Source: Gemmatimonadota bacterium
GTDB taxonomy: Bacteria > Gemmatimonadota > Gemmatimonadetes > Palauibacterales > Palauibacteraceae
Reading direction: 5' to 3'
NCBI GenBank assembly: GCA_046758745.1
Contig: JBHIAV010000005.1
Span: 1-64,000, forward strand
DNA length: 64,000 nt
Shown in pieces: positions 1 to 8,262 of the stretch. Position 1 is the stretch's first letter. Each line of letters begins with the position of its first letter. The notes under the pieces were generated by a model. It searched no databases. It had not been told where the DNA came from and saw nothing but the letters and a program-made list of their open reading frames with translations. Made by a program: the position numbers and the translations under genes.

Positions 1-82
1 TCCGATTAGCGACCTAGCGCACGGGCACGGCGAGCGTGCGCCCCCAGCTCGCCGTGCGCTCAGCTAGAGGAGGGGGCAGAGG

Positions 83-610
83 ATGAGTGCCAAGATGTCT
101 GAACGCAGAAACACTCGCACGGAGGAGCTGCTGCGACAAGGCGTACGGACGCTGTCCAAGGGCGGCAAGGCTCCGTTCGTGAAGTGGGGGGACGAGCCCT
201 GCTGGCTGGAAGGCCGGATCCTGGGCCGATGGGAGAGTCAGTACGGTCCGGTCCTGCGCATCGAGGTAATGGCCGCGAGCGAGAACCTCACCGCGACGAC
301 CGGCACTGGGAAGGAAAAGGTCGAATACCCGGTCCTCCCCGCCGTCGATGTGAGCCTCAGCCTCAGTTACAAGGCACTGCGGGATGCGCTGGCCAATGTG
401 GGCGACGGGAGGCTGATTCATGTGGCCTTCGAGGGCTGGTCCGAGACGAGGGGTGGGAACACGTTTCGGAACTTCATCGTGCTCGACCTTTCAGAGGAGC
501 CGCTCTCACCTGGCACGCCTTCAGAGGTTGGGGACTCCGACGATCAGGCCGAGCAGAACTCGATGGTCGCGGACACGGCACCGGCCGTCGAGACCGACCT
601 GCCGTTCTAG
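83..610 (+). CDS. Hypothetical protein, probable phage-type single-stranded DNA-binding protein
   Basis: 175 aa with a beta-rich core and an acidic disordered tail ending ETDLPF, like the SSB C-terminal DDIPF motif; purine-rich RBS upstream. Confidence 0.55.
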   Translation: MSAKMSERRNTRTEELLRQGVRTLSKGGKAPFVKWGDEPCWLEGRILGRWESQYGPVLRIEVMAASENLTATTGTGKEKVEYPVLPAVDVSLSLSYKALRDALANVGDGRLIHVAFEGWSETRGGNTFRNFIVLDLSEEPLSPGTPSEVGDSDDQAEQNSMVADTAPAVETDLPF

Positions 611-691
611 CGATCGAGTCCGCAGCGCCGCGTGCGCGGCTGCTTGGCACGGTGCGAGAGCTGGCCGCCTGAACGGTTTGAGAGGCTGGAG

Positions 692-1384
692 ATGAGTGAG
701 ATAGGCCCACAGAGATCGCTTGAGGACTTGGCCAGGCAGATCCGGGCCGAGCACGAGCAGGCCGCGGCGGCCATCCGGCGCGGTCTGGAGCACGCCCGGC
801 GGGCCGGCGAGCTGCTAATCGAGGCGAAGGGCCGGCTCGACCACGGCGAGTGGCTCCCGTGGCTTGAGTCGCGGTGCGACATCTCCGTCCGTACGGCTCA
901 GGCGTACATGCGGATCGCGCGGCGTTGGGACGAGCTGGCAAATACGCAACGCGCTGCGCATTTGACAGTAAGGGATGCGCTCAGACTCCTCTCGGCCGGG
1001 CGGCAGGATGAGCCCGCTGGAGAGGAGTCGGCGGAGCGCCCGGCGGCCGAGGAGGAGGCCCGAGCTGCCGTGCAGCAGGGATACCTGGCGGGTCATCTGT
1101 TGGGCCTGATGGCAGCGCAGGCGAACGGCAAGGTGCCGCCCGAGCAGATGTTGGAGGACTTCATCTGGCTGCACCGACACCCCGACCTCAAGCTGACCCC
1201 GACGAGTCTCACGTTCAAGCGGGAGGTCTCCCGGGAGGAGTTTTTCGCCACCGCCGAGCGTTTGTTCAGGCTGGCCTCCGGGGTCAGGCCAGAACCCCCG
1301 GAGGAGCGGCGGAGGGAGAGTTACAAGGAGCGCCGGGCGAGGCGGGAGTCGATAGAGGGATGGGTGCGCGGGCTGGCGCCGTGA
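692..1384 (+). CDS. DUF3102 domain protein (phage-associated)
   Basis: Motif AGELLIEAKGRLDHGEWLPWLESRCDISVRTAQAYMRIA; ATG at 692 after GGAG. The frame stays open past the TGA to 1597 (see findings). Confidence 0.75.
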   Translation: MSEIGPQRSLEDLARQIRAEHEQAAAAIRRGLEHARRAGELLIEAKGRLDHGEWLPWLESRCDISVRTAQAYMRIARRWDELANTQRAAHLTVRDALRLLSAGRQDEPAGEESAERPAAEEEARAAVQQGYLAGHLLGLMAAQANGKVPPEQMLEDFIWLHRHPDLKLTPTSLTFKREVSREEFFATAERLFRLASGVRPEPPEERRRESYKERRARRESIEGWVRGLAP

Positions 1385-1589
1385 CGGTACTCCACGCCCT
1401 GGCGCGACGACGCGCCGGACGGCGGCTACGCACGTTACGTCCTGCTCGTCGAGGGCCGCGAGCCCGAGCAGACCGTCCTCGACTTCGACGAGCCGGACGG
1501 GCCGGGCGAGGTGCCCCCGGCGGAGGAGGACCTGAGCGAGTTTTCCGCTGCTGCGCTCGACGGCAAGGGGCTGCCGTTCCGAGGCCCGC

Positions 1590-1949
1590 GTGAATGACCC
1601 GCTGCACCTGCTCCGGGAGCTGGCAGCGCGCTGGCGCGAGGAGGCGGCACTGTACGATCGTCGCGGTCAGCGCGCCCTCGTCGACGCGGTGAACAGCTAC
1701 GCCGCCGAGCTGGAGGAGTGCCTCCAGGAGTGGGCGCTGGAGGCTCTGAGCCTGGAGCAAGCAGCGGAGGAGAAAGGATGCAGGTACGACACGGCGCAGC
1801 GGAAGGTGGCGTCTGGAGAGTGGCCGAACGCAGGCCGCAAGGGCCGGCCGGCCGTGCGGCGGTGCGACGTCTGGCCCGCCCTCCGTCGGCCCCGGCTGGT
1901 GACCGGCGAGCCGGACATCGCCGGCGAGGAGCTGGCCGCCCGCGGGTGA
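1590..1949 (+). CDS. Excisionase-like/HTH DNA-binding protein
   Basis: LSLEQAAEEKGCRYDTAQRKVASGEWP resembles a winged-HTH/Xis segment; it lies just upstream of the integrase. Confidence 0.55.
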   Translation: MNDPLHLLRELAARWREEAALYDRRGQRALVDAVNSYAAELEECLQEWALEALSLEQAAEEKGCRYDTAQRKVASGEWPNAGRKGRPAVRRCDVWPALRRPRLVTGEPDIAGEELAARG

Positions 1950-1986
1950 GTTGCGGTGCCGCCCTCATGTTCGTATCTATGCGAAC

Positions 1987-2238
1987 GTGGGAAGCAAGCG
2001 AACCCTGCGCTCGGTTTTCGTGGCGGCGACCGAGCTGGCGACCGAGACGCTCGGCGACATCGCCCGAGCCATCGGCCGCACGCGCCGGATGCTGGAGTTC
2101 TACCGGAGCGGCGAACGGCGGGTGACCCCCGAGGCCGCCCGGACGCTCGCGGGTCACCTCCGGGAGCGAGCGGGCACGCTGGAGCGAGTCGCGACTGAGC
2201 TAGAGCGCGCAGCCAACGAGGAGGAGACAGATGGGTAG
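1987..2238 (+). CDS. Small XRE-like HTH protein
   Basis: TLGDIARAIGRTRRMLEFYRSGERRVT is an HTH pattern; overlaps the integrase start; GTG at 1987 chosen as start (uncertain). Confidence 0.6.
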   Translation: MGSKRTLRSVFVAATELATETLGDIARAIGRTRRMLEFYRSGERRVTPEAARTLAGHLRERAGTLERVATELERAANEEETDG

Positions 2239-3466
2239 GCGACAACTGTGGAGCCACTCCGTCGGGGAGCGGCCGAACGTGGTCCGCGTCTTCGAGCGCA
2301 CGCCCGGCGGCATCCTGTACGCCCGGGTATGGAGCCCCACGGCCCGGGGCGGCGAGGGCGGCTGGCGGAAGCGGTCCCTCGCGCACCGGGACCGCGACCG
2401 TGCGAAGCAGTACGCCCACGAACAGCACGCCAAGCTCCGGCAGGGTTGCGACGACATCCGGGCCGGGAAGGTCACCCTTGCCCGGCTGTTCAGCCTCTAC
2501 CGCACGCACCGGACCCCGAAGAAGCGCCCAGGGGGTCGTCAGGCAGACGAGCGTCGCATCGAGCTGTGGACCCGCTTCCTGGGCGTCGACAAGGACCCGC
2601 ACCGCGTCACCCTCGCCGAATGGGAGCGGTTCATCGACCTACGGTCGAGCGGTGCCCTCGACGCGCACGGCGAACTCGTGTCCGAGGGGAAGCGCAGCCC
2701 GGCGCGCGCCCGGACCGTCGAGGCCGACCTCAGGTGGCTGCGGTGGTGCCTCAACTGGGGGACCAAGTGGCGGGACCGGGAGGGCCGTTACCTGCTGCGG
2801 GAGAACCCAGTGCGCGGGTACGAGATCCCGACCGAGAAGAACCCACGGCGCCCGGTTGCAACCCGAGACCGCTACGAAGCCCTCCGCGAGGTCACCGACC
2901 ACGTCACGATGGAGACTAGATGGGAGGGCCGGCGCGAGGTGCGGCGCAGCTACCTTTCAGAGCTTCTCGACATCGCCGTCGGCACCGGCAGGAGGCTCTC
3001 TGCCATCTGCCGGCTCCGCTTCGGCGACCTGAGGCCTGAGGTACCGCCGCACGGCGCCATCCGCTGGCCCGCCGATACTGACAAGACAGGCCGAGAGTCT
3101 GTGGTGCCCATCTCGCCGCTCGTTCGGGCCGCGCTCGACCGGGTGCTTATGGAGCGGCCTGGGATTGGCGACGCGTACCTGTTCCCCTCCCCCACCAGCC
3201 CCGGCCAGGCCATCTCCCGTCACCTCGCGGACGCCTGGCTCAGGGAGGCGGAGAAGTTGGCGGGGCTGGGGACGCAGGAAGGGTCACTCTGGCACGCTTG
3301 GAGAAGGATGTGGGCGACAGAGCGGAAGCACCTGCCCGCCGTGGACGTGGCAAAGGCCGGCGGGTGGTCGGGCCCGGAAACGCTGGCGAACGTCTACCAG
3401 CAGGCCGACCACGAGACAATGCTCGCAGTCGTGCTCGGCGGCGGTGAGCTGCGGGAGGCGAAGTGA
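2231..3466 (+). CDS. Tyrosine recombinase/integrase
   Basis: Catalytic residues R (TGRRLSAI), K (DKTG), HxxR (HAWR), W at the His/Trp position (GGWS) and Y (NVYQ); RBS GAGGAG. Confidence 0.92.
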   Translation: MGRRQLWSHSVGERPNVVRVFERTPGGILYARVWSPTARGGEGGWRKRSLAHRDRDRAKQYAHEQHAKLRQGCDDIRAGKVTLARLFSLYRTHRTPKKRPGGRQADERRIELWTRFLGVDKDPHRVTLAEWERFIDLRSSGALDAHGELVSEGKRSPARARTVEADLRWLRWCLNWGTKWRDREGRYLLRENPVRGYEIPTEKNPRRPVATRDRYEALREVTDHVTMETRWEGRREVRRSYLSELLDIAVGTGRRLSAICRLRFGDLRPEVPPHGAIRWPADTDKTGRESVVPISPLVRAALDRVLMERPGIGDAYLFPSPTSPGQAISRHLADAWLREAEKLAGLGTQEGSLWHAWRRMWATERKHLPAVDVAKAGGWSGPETLANVYQQADHETMLAVVLGGGELREAK

Positions 3467-3480
3467 GGTCTTCCACCCCC

Positions 3481-3502
3481 AACAGCCCCACGAACAGCCC
3501 CA
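3481..3502 (+). repeat. Tandem 10-bp direct repeat AACAGCCCCA x2 (12-bp period), candidate integrase arm-type sites
   Basis: Exact copies at 3481-3490 and 3493-3502, between the integrase stop and the tRNA. Confidence 0.5.
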
Positions 3503-3565
3503 GGCGAAAGGCGGGAGCGGCTGTGGAAAACCCGCAGCGGCTTGGGCTGCAACCTCTTCCGTCAA

Positions 3566-3639
3566 TCGGGGCGGCCGGATTCGAACCGGCGACCCCCTGC
3601 TCCCAAAGCAGGTGCGCTACCGGACTGCGCTACGCCCCG
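3566..3639 (-). tRNA. tRNA-Pro (TGG), CCA not encoded
   Basis: CGGGGCGTAGCGCAGTCCGGTAGCGCA-CCTGC TTTGGGA GCAGG-GGGTCGCCGGTTCGAATCCGGCCGCCCCGA folds as a cloverleaf. Confidence 0.97.
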
Positions 3640-3709
3640 ATGTGTGCCGCTTGTTGCCGCTACGACGGTTCGCGTGCCGTGGAAACCGCTGGTGCCCACG
3701 CTCGGAGTC

Positions 3710-3739
3710 ACCTTACCTCGCAGCGCTTGCCAGCGTCAA
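3710..3739 (-). promoter_or_regulatory. Sigma70-like promoter for tRNA-Pro
   Basis: TTGACG-N18-TAAGGT on the minus strand, about 70 bp upstream of the tRNA. Confidence 0.55.
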
Positions 3740-4032
3740 GCCGACTCCATCTCCCCTTCCCCTCCGTGCTTCGTTTCCACGGCGAGCCGACCGGCCTTGC
3801 CTTTCACCCGGCCCAATGGGCCTCGCCTCCGAGAGGGAGGCCTCAACTTTCTCGCTTCGCCCGCGCTCCGCTGGCCCCGGCGCGCCCCCCGACCTCGGTC
3901 ACCGCTCATACCCGGCTCGGTGGCTCGCCTTCGAAAGCTCCTCCCGGAACTCGGGCTGCGGTGCAAATTGTTATCTGCAGGAAGGTATGACCGGTCGTTG
4001 TGCCGGTAGGAGGCGGATGTGGAAAGCGTGAG

Positions 4033-4725
4033 ATGGAACACTTCAGGTGGAAATATAGAGGCGGTCCTGTCAAGGGTGGCCGGTTGGCTCTCGGCCTCTG
4101 CGCAGTCGTGCTGCTCGCGGGCTGTGCCTCCACGCAGATCCGCACGGACTACGACCGCCAGGCGTCGTTCGAGGGGCTGAGGACCTATCGCTGGATCGAC
4201 CGAGAACATGGTGTCGGCGGACATCCGGCGCTCGAGAGTCCGCTGCTGGGGCGGCGAATCCAAGATGCGGTTGATGGCGAGCTGGCCAGGTTGGGCTACA
4301 GGAAGGTGGCTTCGGGCCGCCCGGACTTCCGGGTGGCCTACCGGGTGATCGCCCAGGAAGAGACCATCGACGATGTGGGGTACGGCTCGCACTACGGCCA
4401 CCATCACTCTGGGCATTTCGGTCACTTCGGACATCTTGGTCATCTCGGCCACGGCCCGTACTATGACTCGGGTCTGACGTACGATCGTCTCCGGGGCACG
4501 CTCGTCCTGGACATCTTCGACGCCCGACGGAAGCTGATTTGGCGCGGCTGGGCCGAGCGCACCCTGGCCCACAATCCGAAGCCCGCATCGGTCGAGAAAT
4601 ACGTGCGGAAGGCCGCCCGAAAGATCCTGGCCGAGTTTCCCCCATCGACGGGCAAGCCTCCGGACGGCGAACGTCCTGCGGTGCCTCTGACGGCGTCGCT
4701 TCCCTCGGCGGGAGCCGAGAACTGA
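4033..4725 (+). CDS. DUF4136 family lipoprotein with a His-rich insert
   Basis: Lipobox LAGC; TDYDRQASFEGLRTYRW and GTLVLDIFDA...LIWRG motifs; GHF/GHL repeats. Confidence 0.8.
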   Translation: MEHFRWKYRGGPVKGGRLALGLCAVVLLAGCASTQIRTDYDRQASFEGLRTYRWIDREHGVGGHPALESPLLGRRIQDAVDGELARLGYRKVASGRPDFRVAYRVIAQEETIDDVGYGSHYGHHHSGHFGHFGHLGHLGHGPYYDSGLTYDRLRGTLVLDIFDARRKLIWRGWAERTLAHNPKPASVEKYVRKAARKILAEFPPSTGKPPDGERPAVPLTASLPSAGAEN

Positions 4726-4985
4726 GACGGCCGTTTCAAGCACGAAGCGCGAGTCCATCGCTAGGGCGGTGGCGGGGTGACCTCCTCGCCCAAACGCTCG
4801 GCCGAGCCAAAGCCTCCGAAGGGCTCGCCCTGGGCTCGGATCCGTGCCCGGCGGGCCTTCGCCACCGGTAGCGGGCCCACTTTCCCGCCGATAGCTTGAC
4901 GGGCGATCCACAACCCTATCCTCGAAGCAAAGCGCAGCCTATGAGCTGACGGCCGTCGTCGAGCTCTTTCAGATTCTTCCGCGCC

Positions 4986-6701
4986 ATGGTAGCGGCTCAG
5001 ACAGGACGGTGGATCCGGTCAGCCTTCGCTCCGGTGTGTCTCGTGCTCCTGGGCGCGTGTGAGACTTCGCGCGACCCAGCGCCGACCGCCGATCCCGCTC
5101 CCGGCGGCTCTCTCTTCATCGACATCACCGAGCGGAGCGGCCTCGACTTCGTGCATGATGCGGGCGTCGACTCGAGCTACTACATGCCGGAGATCACCGG
5201 CTCGGGCGGCGCGTTCCTGGACTACGACGGCGATGACGACCTCGACATCTATCTCGTGAACGGTGCCCGGCACGGGTCGGGAAGCGTCGGCGATTCTCCC
5301 CTCAAGAACCGTCTGTACCGGCAGGATCGGGGGGGTCGCTTCGTCGATGTCACGGACGCCTCGGGCCTGGGAGACAGGAGATACGGTATGGGCGTGGCCG
5401 TCGGTGACATCGACAACGACGGCAACGTCGACGTATACGTGACGAACGTCGGCCCCGATGCGCTGTATCGGAACAACGGAGACGGGACGTTCACGGATGT
5501 GACGGCGGAGGCCGGGATCTCGGCCCCGGACTGGGGCGCGTCCGCGGCTTTCTTCGACTACGACCTCGACGGCTTTCTGGATCTGTACGCGACGAGCTAT
5601 CTGGAGCTCGATCCGGGCGTCGCCTGCACGGACGAGGCAGGGCGCCCCGATTACTGCGGCCCCAGGGCCTTCCGCGGTGTACCGGACGTGCTGTACCGCA
5701 ACAACGGGGATGGCACCTTCACGGACGTGTCGGTCCTGACCGGAATCGCCTCGATCGCCTCGAAGGGGCTCGGCGTCGTGAGCGCGGACTTCGACGGCGA
5801 CGGTTATCCCGACGTGTACGTGGCGAACGACGGCGAGCCGAACCAGCTCTGGATCAACCGGGGCGACGGCACGTTCGAGGATCGGGCGACGCCGCTCGGA
5901 GCCGCAGTGAACGCGCTGGGTCACGCCGAGGCGGGGATGGGAATCGCCCTCGGCGACGTGGACGGCGACTCCGATGTCGATCTCTTCATCACGCACCTTC
6001 GAGCGGAGAGCAACACGCTGTATCGGAACTCGGGGCTGCTCGGCTTCCACGACGAGACCTCGCCGCTCGGGCTCGCGGGGCCGAGCATCCCGTTCACCGG
6101 CTTTGGAACGGGCTTCCTGGACTACGACCGGGACGGAGACCTGGACCTCGTCGTCGCCAACGGGCGCGTGGTTCGTGGGCCGCTGCTCACCGCGCGTGAC
6201 CCGCCCGCCTACTGGGACCCGTATGCGGAGCCGAACCAACTCTTCGAGAATGACGGGGGACGCTTTCGAGACGTGAGCGAACGCGTCCCCGCCCTATCGG
6301 GACCGATCGAGAACAGCCGCGGCCTGGCGCTCGGGGATGTAGACGACGACGGGGACCTGGACTTGCTCATCACCAACGGGGGCGGTCCCGTCCGTCTCCT
6401 GCGCAACGACGCCGCGTCCGGACACTGGCTCGTGGTGCGCGCCCTGGACCCGGCGCTGCGGCGGGATGCGATCGGCGCCGTCCTCACCGTGTTCGCGGGC
6501 CCGCGCCGCCTCCACCGCCCGATCGCGCCCGCCTGCAGCTTCCTCTCCAGCTGCGATCCGCGCGCGCACTTCGGTCTCGGAGCCTCGACGACCGTGGACA
6601 GCATCGTCGTGCGGTGGCCGGGCGGTTTCGTGGAGACGTTCTCGGGCGTCGCGGCCGATACGATCCTCACCCTCCGTCGGGGAGAGGCCGGCGCCAGGTG
6701 A
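4986..6701 (+). CDS. CRTAC1-like lipoprotein (FG-GAP/VCBS repeats + ASPIC/UnbV)
   Basis: Lipobox LLGAC; repeated DxDxDGxxD Ca-binding loops and LYRNNGDGTFTDV; C-terminal AHFGLG...VRWPGG. Confidence 0.9.
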   Translation: MVAAQTGRWIRSAFAPVCLVLLGACETSRDPAPTADPAPGGSLFIDITERSGLDFVHDAGVDSSYYMPEITGSGGAFLDYDGDDDLDIYLVNGARHGSGSVGDSPLKNRLYRQDRGGRFVDVTDASGLGDRRYGMGVAVGDIDNDGNVDVYVTNVGPDALYRNNGDGTFTDVTAEAGISAPDWGASAAFFDYDLDGFLDLYATSYLELDPGVACTDEAGRPDYCGPRAFRGVPDVLYRNNGDGTFTDVSVLTGIASIASKGLGVVSADFDGDGYPDVYVANDGEPNQLWINRGDGTFEDRATPLGAAVNALGHAEAGMGIALGDVDGDSDVDLFITHLRAESNTLYRNSGLLGFHDETSPLGLAGPSIPFTGFGTGFLDYDRDGDLDLVVANGRVVRGPLLTARDPPAYWDPYAEPNQLFENDGGRFRDVSERVPALSGPIENSRGLALGDVDDDGDLDLLITNGGGPVRLLRNDAASGHWLVVRALDPALRRDAIGAVLTVFAGPRRLHRPIAPACSFLSSCDPRAHFGLGASTTVDSIVVRWPGGFVETFSGVAADTILTLRRGEAGAR

Positions 6702-8236
6702 GCGGGCGCCGGAGCGCCGCCTCGAGGGGTTCACGAGCTCCCGGCGGCGGCGCGCGCGCCCGGCGGCGCGGAGCGAGAAAGGCGACCCTCTCCCTCCTCG
6801 GCGCCCTCCTGGTTGGACTGGCCGGCCTCGGGGCGTACCGGCTGCTCTTCGCTCCGCGGGCCTCGCTCGACGCCCTACCGAACCCGGACCTCTCCGCCGT
6901 CGAGCCCCAGGTCGCCGAGAAGATCCGATCCCTTCGCGGCGCCGTCGTACGCGACCCGGGGTCGGCCGCCGCGTGGGGCAAGCTGGGGATGACTCTGGAC
7001 GTGCACGGATTCGACCGGGAGGCCGTCTCGGCTTATCAGCAGGCCGGGGCCCTCGACCGCGGCGATTTCCGATGGCCCTACTTCCACGCCATCGCGCTGC
7101 AGGAGACCGGCTCTTCCGAGGCGATCGCGGTCTTCGAGGCGAGCCGCGGCCGCCGGCCCGACTACCCGCCCCTCTACCTCCGGCTCGGTGAGGCGCTCTT
7201 CGATGCCGGCGAGCTCACCGGGTCGGAAGAGGCCTTCCGGAGAGCGCTCGAGCTGGATCCCTCGCTCTCGCAGGCGTATCTGGGGCTGGGCCGCATCGCC
7301 CTCGCCAACGGCGATCCCGAAGCGAGCCGGGCCGAGCTCCGCCGAGCCGTCGAGATCGACCCGGCGTACGGGGCGGCATGGACGCTGCTGGCCGAGGTGC
7401 ATCGGCGACTCGGAGAGACGGCCGCCGCCGAGGAGACGGCCCTGCGCGCCGGCCAGCTTCCCGAGAGGCCCGTCTTCACCGATTCGGTGTACGCAGCCGT
7501 GCTCAAGGAGGGAGTGAGCGCGCGCTGGTACATCGTGCGTGGCGAGGCCTTCCTGGACCGGGGACGCACCGAGGAGGCGGAGCGCCTCTTCCGCGCCGCC
7601 CTGGCGATTCGGGCGGATGCGAACGCGCACGACAACCTCGGGCTCGCCCTGCAGTTCCAGGGAAGGTTCGAGGAGGCGGCCGAGCAGCATCGGGCGGCCC
7701 TGGAGATCCGCCCGGGCTTCCGCGAGGCGCAGGTGAACCTGGGATCGGCGCTCTATCGCCTCGGGCAGATCGACGAGGCGATCGCGGCAGCGGAGCGGGC
7801 GCGCGACCTCGATCCCGCCTTCGCCCAGGCGTATCTCAACCTCGGCCTCTACCTCGCGCGGGCGGGCCGGCGGCGCGAGGCGATCCAGACGTTTCGCCAC
7901 GGACTCGCCAGGGCCCCCTTCGACGTGCGCATCGCGAACCAGCTCGCGTGGCTCCTCGCCACCTCGACCGACTCGACGCTGCGCGACGGGGCCGAAGCGG
8001 TGCGATTGGCCGAGAGAGTATCGGAGATGACGGCTTTCCAGGTGCCCGATGTGCTCGATGTCCTGGCCGCCGCATACGCCGAGACGCGGGCGTTCGAGCG
8101 CGCGGTCGAGACGGCCCGCCGCGCCCGGCGGCTCGCCGCAGGGACGGGCCGCACGGAGCTGGCGGCCGAGATTGAGAGGCGCTTGGAACGCTACGAGGCG
8201 AAGCGGCCGTACCGGAGCTCGGGGTTCCAAGAATAG
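6698..8236 (+). CDS. Membrane-anchored tetratricopeptide repeat protein
   Basis: GTGA overlap with the upstream gene; N-terminal TM helix; many TPRs; C-terminal NQLAWLLAT...RDGAEAVRLAE motif. Confidence 0.85.
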   Translation: MSGRRSAASRGSRAPGGGARARRRGARKATLSLLGALLVGLAGLGAYRLLFAPRASLDALPNPDLSAVEPQVAEKIRSLRGAVVRDPGSAAAWGKLGMTLDVHGFDREAVSAYQQAGALDRGDFRWPYFHAIALQETGSSEAIAVFEASRGRRPDYPPLYLRLGEALFDAGELTGSEEAFRRALELDPSLSQAYLGLGRIALANGDPEASRAELRRAVEIDPAYGAAWTLLAEVHRRLGETAAAEETALRAGQLPERPVFTDSVYAAVLKEGVSARWYIVRGEAFLDRGRTEEAERLFRAALAIRADANAHDNLGLALQFQGRFEEAAEQHRAALEIRPGFREAQVNLGSALYRLGQIDEAIAAAERARDLDPAFAQAYLNLGLYLARAGRRREAIQTFRHGLARAPFDVRIANQLAWLLATSTDSTLRDGAEAVRLAERVSEMTAFQVPDVLDVLAAAYAETRAFERAVETARRARRLAAGTGRTELAAEIERRLERYEAKRPYRSSGFQE

Positions 8237-8262
8237 CTGGGGGTCGAGCCTCGCCCCCGCGC

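Larger units (their letters stand above)
1..3565. mobile_element. Right end of an integrative element/prophage-like island inserted at the 3' end of tRNA-Pro(TGG); the left boundary lies outside the window
   Basis: The tyrosine integrase ends 100 bp from the tRNA 3' end and is preceded by co-directional phage-like genes (SSB-like, DUF3102, excisionase-like, HTH). The second att copy is not visible. Confidence 0.8.

Noticed and set aside
4896-4922. TTGACG...TATCCT promoter-like pair upstream of the first CRTAC1-like gene
   Set aside because: The spacer is only 15 bp, too weak to call
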